Assembly: GCA_963422645.2 (NCBI GenBank)
Contig: CAXXVO010000020.1
Span: 12,378 to 76,377, forward strand
Length of the DNA: 64,000 bases
DNA from: Alphaproteobacteria bacterium
GTDB lineage: Bacteria > Pseudomonadota > Alphaproteobacteria > UBA828
Direction of reading: 5' to 3'
The notes beneath the pieces are model-generated. The model searched no databases, was not told the origin of the DNA, and saw only the letters and a program-made list of their open reading frames with translations. The translations under genes were made by a program, and so were the position numbers. Positions within the stretch are counted from its first letter, which is position 1. The number at the start of each line of letters is the position of its first letter. Positions 47,000 through 57,791 of the stretch are shown here, one piece after another.

Positions 47000-48250
47000 A
47001 TGAAGACGGAAGGCTTGCACGTCGTCCGGCCGCGCGCGGCGGGTCTGGACGTGCACAAGATGGAGATCACCGCGACGGTTCGCCTCTGTGAGGGCGAGGG
47101 TGAGCCGGTGGTGGAGACGCGCTGCTTCGGCACGCTGCCGAGCGGTCTGGAGGAGATGGTCGCGTGGCTGACCGGTCACGGCGTCGAGGCTGCGGTGATG
47201 GAAGGGACCGGGGTCTACTGGCAGGCGCCCTTCGCGGCCCTGGAGGCGGCCGGGCTCGAGGCGATCCTGGTGCATGCGCGTCAGGTGAAGCAGTTGAAGG
47301 GGCGCAAGACCGACGTGGCGGACAGCGTGTGGCTGGCCTGCGTGTGCCAGTTCGGGCTCTGCACGCCTTCCCACGTTCCGCCTGAGCCGTTCCGGGAGCT
47401 GCGCGCACTGAGCCGCCAGCGCCGCGTCCTGGTCAGGCAGCGCTCCGCCGTGCGCAACCGCGTGCAGAAGATCATCGACCGCGCCGGTGCGCGCATCGGC
47501 GGCATCCTCTCCGACGTCTTCGGCGTCAACGGCCGGAAGATCCTCGACGGCCTGGCGCAGGGGACGGCGCGCGAGGTCATCCTCGCCTCGCTCACCAGCC
47601 ACGTTGCGAACAAGCTGGAGGGGCTCGGCGAGGCGCTCACCCTGAGCCTGGGCGACAACGACCGCTTCATGCTCAACGACCTGCTGGAGGAGCATGACGC
47701 GCTTGAGGCGCGCATCGCGTCCTACACCAGGAAGATCGACGGGCAGATGACACCGTGGGAGGAGCAGCTCCGTCTGCTGACCACCATCCCCGGCATCGAC
47801 CGCACCGCCGCCTCGACCATCCTCATCGAGATCGGCCCCGACATCGGCGTGTTCGCCTCCAAGGAGCACTTCGCCGCCTGGGCCGGGCTCTGCCCCGGCA
47901 ACAACGAGAGCGGGGGCAAGCGCCGCAACGCACGCACCCGCATGGGCTCCAAGACCCTGCGCGCCTGCCTCGTCGAGTGTGCCCACGGCGCGGCCCGAAC
48001 CAAGGGGTGCCAGTTCGAGGCTCATCACCGCGCCCTCGCCGCCCGGCGCGGCTACAAGCGCGCCATCGTCGCCGGCGCTCACAAGATGCTGCGCATCATC
48101 TATGTGGTGCTCAAGACCGGCAGGCCCTACTACGACCGCACGGCCGACTACGACGCTCTGATGGTCAAGCGCAACGCTCCTCGGTGGATCCGCATGCTCC
48201 GCCGCTACGGCTACATCGAGCCCGTAGGCGCGGAACTCAAGGCCGCCTGA
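47000..48250 (+). CDS. IS110 DEDD recombinase
   Basis: GLDVHK, MEGTG, KTDVAD and C-terminal GLCPGNNESGGK serine loop; GAGGAGG RBS. Confidence 0.95.
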   Translation: MKTEGLHVVRPRAAGLDVHKMEITATVRLCEGEGEPVVETRCFGTLPSGLEEMVAWLTGHGVEAAVMEGTGVYWQAPFAALEAAGLEAILVHARQVKQLKGRKTDVADSVWLACVCQFGLCTPSHVPPEPFRELRALSRQRRVLVRQRSAVRNRVQKIIDRAGARIGGILSDVFGVNGRKILDGLAQGTAREVILASLTSHVANKLEGLGEALTLSLGDNDRFMLNDLLEEHDALEARIASYTRKIDGQMTPWEEQLRLLTTIPGIDRTAASTILIEIGPDIGVFASKEHFAAWAGLCPGNNESGGKRRNARTRMGSKTLRACLVECAHGAARTKGCQFEAHHRALAARRGYKRAIVAGAHKMLRIIYVVLKTGRPYYDRTADYDALMVKRNAPRWIRMLRRYGYIEPVGAELKAA

Positions 48251-48437
48251 GCGGCCCGCATCTCGTCAGCCGGCTACGCGGGACCGCTTCGGACCACATC
48301 GGGGAAGTCCACCGCTCGTCTCCGCCGCGCCGACCCTGGCGGTCTCAGCCAACGCCGTGACCTCGGGGTTGGAGCGTCACCGCGCGTCCCTCGCCAGAAT
48401 CTGTTTCACGGCAAATCCTCCCATTTGCGCATAGTTT

Positions 48438-50952
48438 CAGACTTCCTGACCTCGTGATGCTGGCTGTTCTGGGCAGCGTGCCGGGAACTCCTTGAATTCT
48501 GATACATTTCGGTTGTTTCAGGCGGTTTTTCGCTGGGTGTCGCGCCCGAGGTCTGATATTATAATTTGATACCAATTGCACGGGGTCTCAACCATGCCCA
48601 GTACCCTCCCAATGTGCCCTCCAGAGGCGGTCTCGATCGGCAACAGCTGCTTCGCCGTCCTGATCTCGGACGACACCTTCACCTACTTTTCCAACCTCAT
48701 TCCCTTTGACAGCCACGCCGCCGATGACCGCACGGCCATGCTCTTGCGGATCGGCCGCCTCGCGGCGATCAGCGCGGTCTCGCCGCAGGAACTGGCTGAC
48801 GCTTTCGCTGTCTCGCGCGCGACGGTGCAGCGCGCACGACGGCGCTACCTGGCCGAGGGCGAAGCGGGGTTCATGAAGCCCCGGCGCGGTCGCGGGCCGT
48901 CGGTGTTCACTCCGGAGTTGGCGGAGAAGGCGACGGCGTTGCTGGCATCGGGCCTGAGCGGCTCTGCGGCGGCCCGGGTTCTCGGCGTGTCAGCGCCATC
49001 GGTCAACAAGTGGCGCCGTCAGGGACTGATCGGCAACACGGAGGCGGATGGGGAGCCCGGACGCTCAGCGCTGGCTGCGCCGCCTGACGCGGGTGCGGCT
49101 CCTGAAGGCCGTGTCGATGAAGAGAGTACCGGTGCCCCGGGGCCGGAGACGGCGCCGGGGCTGGAAGCGCAGCCGCAAACGGATCGCAGCGCGCGCGATC
49201 GGCGGGACCGGCAGGCGCCGATGGGGCGTGCGACTTGCGATGTTCCGGCTCGGGTTCTGGCCAGTTGTGGACAGGCGGGGCCGGTCGAACCGCAGTTCGC
49301 CGCCGCCGCCCGCGGTGTCCGCTTCGGCGGCGTGCTCGCCGCCCTGCCGGCCCTGCTGAAGGAAGGTCTTCTCTCCGAGACCGGTCTCCTGCCATTGCTG
49401 CCGAAGGGCTATTACGGCTTGCCTACGATCCTGCTCTTCCTGGCCTTCATGACCTTGGCGCGGGTGCGCAACCCCGAGAGCCTGCGCTACCAGGCGCCGG
49501 GCGAATGGGGCGCCATTCTCGGCCTCGATCGCTGCCCCGAGGTCAAGACGCTGCGCCGCAAGATCGCTCTCATCGCCGACGACGAGGCCGGCGTGCGGGC
49601 GTGGCAGCTCGCCCTTGCCAGGCGCTGGCAGGCGCCGACGAGCCGGAGCTCTGGGCGACGCTGGCCATCGACGGGCACGTCAAGGTCTACTCCGGCCGCA
49701 AGGGGCGCTTGCCCAAGCACTTCGTCTCGCGCGAGAAGCTGTGCCTGCCGGCGAGCGCCAGCTACTGGATCAACGCTCTGGGCGGCAAGCCGCTGCTCTG
49801 TCTGCACAAGCCGCTGGACCCGAAGATGGTCGCGGCCATCGAAGCCGACGTGGTGCCGGCGCTGCAGGAGCTTGGGATCGTTGGCGCCGGGGCGCCGGAC
49901 CTGACCGCCGAGCATCCCGGCCAGCCGGCGCTCACCCTGGTCTTCGACCGCGAGGGCTGGAGCCCGGATCTGTTCCGCCGGCTGGCGAGGCGCGGCGTCG
50001 CCTGCCTGACCTGGCACAAGAACTTCAGGGGCGAGGACTGGCCGGCCGAGGACTTCGGCGCGATGACCGTTCCCATTCACGGACCGGCGGCGGACGGCAG
50101 CGCCACCATGCGGCTGGCTGAGAAGCCGGTGACGTTGCCGAACGGCTTCAGGGTGCGCCAGATCCGCCGCCTGCTCGACAACGGCCGTCAGGTGCCGCTG
50201 ATCACCACCGATCCGCACAAGCCGATGGCTGAGGTTGCGGGCGCCATGTTCTCGCGCTGGTCGCAGGAGAACTTCTTCAAGTACATGCGTGACGAGTTCA
50301 ATCTCGACGCCCTGCCGACCCACGAGCTCGAGCCTCTCGATCCCGCCGCCATGGTCGTCAACCCGCTGCGGCGGGCCTATGACAAGGCAATCCATCGCCT
50401 CGACCGCCAGCTTGGCCGCCTGCGCAACCGCATCGCCGACACGGCCCGGAAGAAGCAGCCGACGGCGGAACTCAGGAGGGAAGTCAGGGACCTCCAGGAT
50501 GTCCGCGACATCGTCAGGGCCAGCCGCAGGGAGACGCCCAAGCACTGCCGGGCCGGCGACCTCGACGAAGCCGAGCAGCTCGATGCCTTGCCCGCGCGCG
50601 AGCGCCTCCTCCTCGACGTCATCCGGATGATCGCCTACCGCGCCGAAACCCGCATGATGCTTCCCGTCATGCAGGCGCAGGGCCACAAGCCCCATCCCCG
50701 GAAACTGCTTCAAGCGCTGCTCACCGCCGATGCCGACATCCTGCCGGATCCTGGCAATGGCCTCCTGCGGGTCCACATTCTTGGCCTCGCAAACGACGCC
50801 TGCGACCGTTGGATCGATGCGGTTCTGAGCGACCTGAACGCCACCGAAACGGTCTTCCCCGGCACCCGTCTGCGCATAGTCTACGACATCGACGGGGCCT
50901 CGGAATCCGCGCGGCTCGTGTCACCTAAAATCAGCAGAGGTCAGGAAGTCTG
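48438..50952 (+). mobile_element. ISX copy 3
   Basis: TIRs flanked by AGTTT on both sides. Confidence 0.94.
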
Positions 50953-51032
50953 AGTTTGTCATGACTTCGTGGACGCCCAGTCAGCGTCATCGGAACAGTC
51001 AGCCGTCTCGTCGTAAACCCTAATCCTCTTGG

Positions 51033-53230
51033 CCGGGGTTCCCCATATGGAACCCTCCCAGCCCGTTGAGTGTGACTCGAAGCCGCTCGACGTGCAATTC
51101 GCCTTCGGATGACGGCCATCTTCGCGTCGATCCGGATGATTGAGGACCAATTGGCGGCGTTGGTGGCGCGGAATGGCATCTCTTGCCGGCGGCGATCCGG
51201 GCGCACCGATCCTGTCGGCGGCGAGGCGAAGGAAGGGGGTGCCGTTGCTCATGCTGGAGCAGGCTTGGGTCTGAGCCGGTCGATACGGCGCAGGATATCA
51301 GCGAACAGCTCACGAGGAATGACAACCTCGGCCATCTGGAACGTGACGTAGCGCCCGTGGCGCACGATCTTCGCTCCGATCTTGATGAGCTTCTCTCGCA
51401 GGCTGGTCAGTGACCACTCTTCCACGGCATCGGGCAGCGCGAGGGTGCGCATGAAGTTGCCGAGGTTGTAGGCGAGCGCGTGAAGCTGGAGGCGAAGGGC
51501 ATTGTGGTCGAACCTGCGGCACGGCCGGAACGGCGATATCCTTGTCCAGCGCGATGCGGGCGGCGCGATTGGCTCGGCGCAGGAGCTGCTGCATCCGCCG
51601 GGCCCAAGCCTCCCCTTCGATGTCCACCAGCGCCTGCAACTCCCGCAGGTGATGGGCGTTGCACAGGCCGTGCTCCACCCCTTCCATCGCGAAGTACGGC
51701 TTCCAGTGATCGTGCACGACGATGCCGGAGACACCCGAGAGCAGGGCGCCGCGCTTGCCGCTGACCCGGTACGCCGCCAGCAGCGGCGTGCAGATCACAT
51801 GAAGCCACTGCGTCTGACCGCCGATCCGCAAGCCGGTCTCGTCCATGTGTTTCACCCGCGCCGTGCCCGCCGCCAGGTCCTGTATGTGCAAGGCCGCGTC
51901 CCGCAAGCCGCTCGGCCGCCCTCTCGCTCATCGTCGCCAACGTCGCAGCCGTCACCGGCGCGCCGAAGAGCTCGGCCATCACCTGCGACAGCCGATCCTC
52001 CGGCAGGAAGTGAGCGTGCTGAAGGTAGACCGCCACCCCGGCAATGCGCGGGCCGTACTGCACCGGCGCCGACACCCCGTCGGGGAACGCCGCCCGGGTC
52101 ACCGTCCCGCAATGCCCGCAGCACTTGGCATGCGCCCGGTGCTCGGTCACCTCCAGGGGGCTCGGCTCGGGCAGATCGAACACCTGGCGGGCGACGGGCG
52201 TTCCCGCCCTGGCCGCGTCCGAAAGCGGCGAACCGCATCCCTTGCAGGAAGCCGGGACGTGATCCTTCACCCGATCCGGGTGATCGGCGCGGCGCAGCGT
52301 CTTGCCCTTGTGGCCGGGCTGGCCACCGGGCTTGCGGCCCGATTTGCCGCGCAGGCTTCGGGTTCGCCGCTTCGAATTCGGCTTCCTCAGCCCATCGCTC
52401 GAAGGCGGCTTGCCGCTGTTGCCGCTGTTGAGGCCGAGACGGCGCTCCAACTCCTCGATGCGCTCGACGAGACGCGCGACTTGCTCTTCCAGCCGCGCGT
52501 TCTGCTGCCGAAGCCAGGCATTTTCCTCCCGAAGCCGGGCGTTCTCCTCCTCCAGGCGGGCGATCTTCTGCGCGGGCGTTTCGGGCGCTGCTCCCGTCGA
52601 AGGGCCGCGCGGCGACTCGGGATTGCTCATGTCGTTGTTGAGTCATTTCCCGAAATTCCCGTCAAGCCCTTTCCACCAACTCCGAACGAGAAACGCCTCA
52701 ATCCACTGGCCCAAAATGACAAATCAGACGACCTGGGCAGTTACTCTCGTTATTCGCCAGTAGTTCGATCTCGAAGCGCCCCATCTGGCTGGTCGATGCT
52801 GCGTGCGCGCTCGACCGCCTTGCCGCCGACGATCCAGCGCATCGCGGGATCACGCCCGAGCCGGTCGGCGCCGTTGACATCCTCGTAGCCGGCGAGACGC
52901 CCACAGACGGACTGGCGAAGGAGACTGACGATGCCGTGCCAGTCCTTCCTGCCCGTGCGGCTATCCGCGAGCACGCCGCCCGCCAGTGCGGTCAGCCCGA
53001 GCGCGTCGTCCAGTTCGCGATCAGCGAGCAGCCCCGTGTCGGAGGTCACCCGCGATCCGTGGAACTCCAGTTTCAGGCGGCGGTCGAAAAGGGGCCGGAG
53101 TGGCCCATGATCCGATTCAGCCTCCGGGTTCCGCATCCGAGCCGCCCTCCGACACCCTCAAGCCGCTGAGTCTTATAGCAGAATCGTGCCGATCAGGCAT
53201 CAGGCTAAGCGCTCACTTGGGAAATGCGGG
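51033..53230 (-). mobile_element. IS1380-family element, internally deleted and interrupted by IS66-B
   Basis: N-terminal part about 52745-53136 (TSDTGLL, AGYED) and C-terminal part 51249-51523 (ALAYNLGN, LREKLIKIGAK); imperfect CC-starting IRs. Confidence 0.8.
51524..52744 (-). mobile_element. IS66-B copy 2, 3'-truncated
   Basis: reverse complement of IS66-B with left IR GTAACTGCCCAGGT; +1 frameshift near 51905. Confidence 0.92.
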
Positions 53231-53445
53231 TTTAGACCGTTTCCGGGAGCCCGGACCTGCCCGACTCCGGGGACGGGGCAGGAACCGGGGGCTTCCGCCG
53301 CGGCGGGCGCTTCGCCATACGCGATGCGTATGGATTTTGCCGCAAACGGCATTTTCATTTTGCACGTCGTGCCGCTAATCGCATCGGCCCTTGGCGCGGC
53401 GCCCGGACACGGACAGGAGGGGTCCGCCGCGCGGAAGGCAGAGTC

Positions 53446-53790
53446 ATGGCCGGAAGCGGGCGGCGGAGATTGGAGGACGGCGGCCGCGGAACGCAGCGCG
53501 GCGGCCGGCATGTCGTGGTCGTGGAATCCCCGGCCAAGGCGAGGACGATCGGGGCCTGGCTCGGCTCGCCATACCGGGTGATGGCGACCCGCGGTCATGT
53601 TCGCGACCTGCCGGCGAGGGCGGGCTCGGTCGATCCCGGGGACGGGTTTTCGATGGTCTACGAGACCGGCAAGGCCGCCGCCCGGACGCTGGGCGCCATT
53701 GCCAAGGCGCTGGCGCGCGCCGATATCCTGGTGCTCGCCACCGACCCCGACCAGGAGGGCGAGGCGATCGCCTGGCAGGTGCTGACTTGG
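53446..53790 (+). pseudogene. type IA topoisomerase TOPRIM fragment
   Basis: VVESPAKARTI, GHVRDLP, LATDPDQEGEAIAW. Confidence 0.85.
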
Positions 53791-54097
53791 TGGAAGCACC
53801 TGTCTCATCGACGAAGACGAGCCTTTCAGGATCGAGAGTGGGCTGGGCCTCGAACCAGGCGCGCCTGCGCCGCAGCACGTCAGCTCGTTGCTGCTCGCTG
53901 GCGTGCGCGGTTTTTTTGAAGGTGATGCCGCGGCGGTGGAAGAAGCACCACACGGCGCTTTGGGAGACCCGCACCCCGTGCGCGCTCTCCAGGTGAGCGG
54001 CGATCTCCGCCAGGGTCAATTCCGGGGTCTCGTCGACCAGCGCGAGGACCGCCTCGGCGCGCGCCTCGATCCGCTGCGAGCGCCTGTCGCCGCCTTG
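53786..54097 (-). pseudogene. IS630 transposase internal fragment
   Basis: [22 protein letters not shown]. Confidence 0.82.
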
Positions 54098-54490
54098 CTG
54101 CACGGTGCGACGAAGGACCGAGACGGCCAGGTCGCGGCGTTCCAGACCGGGGACCTGCCGCTCTTCCTGGTGAGCCTGAAGGCCGGCGGCACGGGCCTCA
54201 ACCTGACCGCGGCCGACACCGTCATTGTCTACGATCCCTGGTGGAACCCGGCGGTGGAGCGCCAGGCCATGGACCGGGCGCACCGGATCGGCCAGGACAA
54301 GCCGGTATTCGTGCATCGCCTGATCGCCGAGAATACCGTCGAGGCCGCCATCCAGCGGATGCAGGCGCGCAAGCAGGGCCTGGCCGACGCGCTGTTCGAA
54401 GGCACGGGCCGGGGGCCGCTGGGGCTGACGGGCGAGGATATCGACGCGCTGTTCGGGCCGGCGCAAACGGTCTCCCCCGCCGGCCCGTGA
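54098..54490 (+). pseudogene. SNF2 helicase C-terminal fragment
   Basis: [34 protein letters not shown]. Confidence 0.88.
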
Positions 54491-54529
54491 ACGCGGTAGA
54501 ACAGCACCGCGGGGATGAGGAGATCGGGA

Positions 54530-54916
54530 ATGGAACAGGCGACGGAGCACCGCTGGTACGAGGTTTGGAGGGAACAGTGCGAGGCGGCCGAAACGATCCG
54601 GCTCCAATACGGCGTCGGGTCGGCCTTCGACTATGCGGTCGGCGAGAAGCTGCTCAACTTCGCGGAGGCGGCGGAGGAACACCCCGAATTCGCGCGGGCA
54701 TTGCCGCAGTTCGTCTCGGAGCTCAGACGCATGTTCACGCCCGAGGAAATCGAGGAGCACCTGGCGCGGATCGAGCGTGAGCGTCTCCAGCGCGACATGG
54801 ACGCGATGGACGTCTATGACCCGGCGTTGGACGACCCTGCCGCCCCGGCCGCCGAGGCGCGCCGCTTCGAGTTCGTCAAGGAGCTGCTGACCGCTCCGGC
54901 GCTCGGCACGTCGTGA
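54530..54916 (+). CDS. hypothetical protein
   Basis: GAGGAG RBS, stop overlaps the recD2-like start (GTGA), protein-like sequence. Confidence 0.7.
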   Translation: MEQATEHRWYEVWREQCEAAETIRLQYGVGSAFDYAVGEKLLNFAEAAEEHPEFARALPQFVSELRRMFTPEEIEEHLARIERERLQRDMDAMDVYDPALDDPAAPAAEARRFEFVKELLTAPALGTS

Positions 54917-55483
54917 AACCCGGCGCCGGCCGGCGGCAGGAGGTCGCGGACCGGAAGGTCTTGGCGGGGCTGGTCGAGCGCGTCACCTTCCATAATCCGG
55001 AGAACGGCTTCTGCGTGCTGCGAACCAGAGCGCAGGGACATCGCGACCTGGTCACTGTGGTCGGCCACGCCGCCATGGTGGCGCCCGGGGAATGGATCAC
55101 CGCTTCCGGGGAGTGGGTCAACGACCGCACCCATGGCCAGCAGTTCAAGGCGCGCTTCATCCGCACAGCGGAGCCGTCGTCGGTCGAGGGCATCGAGAAG
55201 TATCTCGGCTCCGGCATGATCCGGGGCATTGGCCCGGTCTATGCCCGCAAGCTGGTCAGGGTCTTTGGCGAGAAGGTGTTCGACACGATCGAGGCGGAGC
55301 CCGAGCGGCTGCGCGAGGTGGCCGGCATCGGGAAGGTGCGGGCGAAGCGGATCACCGACGCCTGGGCCGAGCAGAAGGTCGTCCGCGAGATCATGGTGTT
55401 CCTGCACAGCCACGGCGTCGGCACGGCGCGGGCGGTGCGGATATTCAGGACGTACGGCGCCGATGCCGTGGAGGTGATGACGG
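54913..55483 (+). pseudogene. RecD2-like helicase N-terminal fragment
   Basis: GLVERVTFHNPENGFCVLR, HGQQF, YLGSGMIRGIG; no helicase core. Confidence 0.85.
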
Positions 55484-55626
55484 AGAGCCTCGACCCGCAC
55501 CAGTTCCAGAACCGCGACAAAGAGCTCGTAGCGCTCGCCCATCGGGCCGAGCTCGCTCTCGAGCCTCGGGAAGAGCTCCTGTTGAAAGGCGTACCAGTAA
55601 TCCGATAGCATCTCGCGCAGGGACAC
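55484..55626 (-). pseudogene. transposase N-terminal fragment (IS5/IS1182-like, tentative)
   Basis: LSDYW..FQ.ELFP.LE.ELGP...VLELVRVE; truncates the recD2-like gene. Confidence 0.5.
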
Positions 55627-55743
55627 GGCTCCACTCCTCCGTGGGCATCATGCGGTGTTTGCTGACAGCACATGATACTCACGAGGGTGGGCCGATCCCA
55701 CCGCAACAGCCTCAAATCAGGCAAACTGCCGCTCGCCTCGGCT

Positions 55744-57515
55744 ATTTGCCGTGAAACAGATTCTGGCGAGGGACGCGCGGTGACGCTCCAACCCCGAGGT
55801 CACGGCGTTGGCTGAGACCGCCAGGGTCGGCGCGGCGGAGACGAGCGGTGGACTTCCCCGATGTGGTCCGAAGCGGTCCCGCGTAGCCGGCTGACGAGAT
55901 GCGGGCCGCTCAGGCGGCCTTGAGTTCCGCGCCTACGGGCTCGATGTAGCCGTAGCGGCGGAGCATGCGGATCCACCGAGGAGCGTTGCGCTTGACCATC
56001 AGAGCGTCGTAGTCGGCCGTGCGGTCGTAGTAGGGCCTGCCGGTCTTGAGCACCACATAGATGATGCGCAGCATCTTGTGAGCGCCGGCGACGATGGCGC
56101 GCTTGTAGCCGCGCCGGGCGGCGAGGGCGCGGTGATGAGCCTCGAACTGGCACCCCTTGGTTCGGGCCGCGCCGTGGGCACACTCGACGAGGCAGGCGCG
56201 CAGGGTCTTGGAGCCCATGCGGGTGCGTGCGTTGCGGCGCTTGCCCCCGCTCTCGTTGTTGCCGGGGCAGAGCCCGGCCCAGGCGGCGAAGTGCTCCTTG
56301 GAGGCGAACACGCCGATGTCGGGGCCGATCTCGATGAGGATGGTCGAGGCGGCGGTGCGGTCGATGCCGGGGATGGTGGTCAGCAGACGGAGCTGCTCCT
56401 CCCACGGTGTCATCTGCCCGTCGATCTTCCTGGTGTAGGACGCGATGCGCGCCTCAAGCGCGTCATGCTCCTCCAGCAGGTCGTTGAGCATGAAGCGGTC
56501 GTTGTCGCCCAGGCTCAGGGTGAGCGCCTCGCCGAGCCCCTCCAGCTTGTTCGCAACGTGGCTGGTGAGCGAGGCGAGGATGACCTCGCGCGCCGTCCCC
56601 TGCGCCAGGCCGTCGAGGATCTTCCGGCCGTTGACGCCGAAGACGTCGGAGAGGATGCCGCCGATGCGCGCACCGGCGCGGTCGATGATCTTCTGCACGC
56701 GGTTGCGCACGGCGGAGCGCTGCCTGACCAGGACGCGGCGCTGGCGGCTCAGTGCGCGCAGCTCCCGGAACGGCTCAGGCGGAACGTGGGAAGGCGTGCA
56801 GAGCCCGAACTGGCACACGCAGGCCAGCCACACGCTGTCCGCCACGTCGGTCTTGCGCCCCTTCAACTGCTTCACCTGACGCGCATGCACCAGGATCGCC
56901 TCGAGCCCGGCCGCCTCCAGGGCCGCGAAGGGCGCCTGCCAGTAGACCCCGGTCCCTTCCATCACCGCAGCCTCGACGCCGTGACCGGTCAGCCACGCGA
57001 CCATCTCCTCCAGACCGCTCGGCAGCGTGCCGAAGCAGCGCGTCTCCACCACCGGCTCACCCTCGCCCTCACAGAGGCGAACCGTCGCGGTGATCTCCAT
57101 CTTGTGCACGTCCAGACCCGCCGCGCGCGGCCGGACGACGTGCAAGCCTTCCGTCTTCATCGCCTTCCTCCTCATTTGCGCTCTCGCCACGGCGGCGTAC
57201 GATCACGCCGTGGCATCGCCACGGTGGAGGCGGGGACAGCGGTCGGAAGAACACGCATCCGACGAGCGGGTGCGGTGCAATTTGCCGCGCGTCCACGGCC
57301 ACGGGCCGGGTACAATACGGGGTGCGGAGCCGGCCGCCGGAAGCAGTTTTGTCATCGGGAACTACGTCACCGATATAACGACGCTCACACGTCCCCACCT
57401 CCGCCAATACCCATCCTGACACGGCAAATGGGTGCAAGCGCAAGGAAAACGTCAGCCGAACCGCTCCTGTTTCATGCCACGGGGTGGCTCAGAACCGCGG
57501 GGACCATGACTGTTT
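55744..57515 (-). mobile_element. IS110-family element copy 2 (recombinase 55910-57160)
   Basis: reverse complement of copy 1 with the same protein. Confidence 0.93.
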
Positions 57516-57543
57516 TGCAAGAGGCTCGGATAACTGCCGGGCC

Positions 57544-57680
57544 ATGAGCGACACGGACCCGGCGACCGGCTGCAGGACGTGCTGAATGCCATTCCCGCAG
57601 AACGGGACGGCATGACCATCGCGGAGCTGGACGGCTATGTCGCCGCCCTGATCGTCTGCCCGGAGATGATCCTGTTCATG
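57544..57680 (+). pseudogene. YecA/UPF0149-like fragment
   Basis: GMTIAELDGYVAALIVCPEMI; frameshifted start and truncated. Confidence 0.55.
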
Positions 57681-57791
57681 CGATACGGAATGCTGGTCTG
57701 TTGTGTCGTGCCCATCGCCGGCTAGCGACCGCAGGAAGGTGGAGACCGATTCCGGTCTCGACATCGACGCGAGCCAATCAGGGAGGCACCC

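Larger units (their letters stand above)
46645..48416 (+). mobile_element. IS110-family element copy 1 (1772 bp)
   Basis: limits set by identity with the inverted copy 55744-57515; no long TIR. Confidence 0.92.

Noticed and set aside
48411-48430. Small hairpin GCAAAT..ATTTGC at the IS110 flank, with similarity to the element's own RBS region (46979-46993)
   Set aside because: Absent at the copy 2 flank and its orientation does not fit a target guide; may be chance
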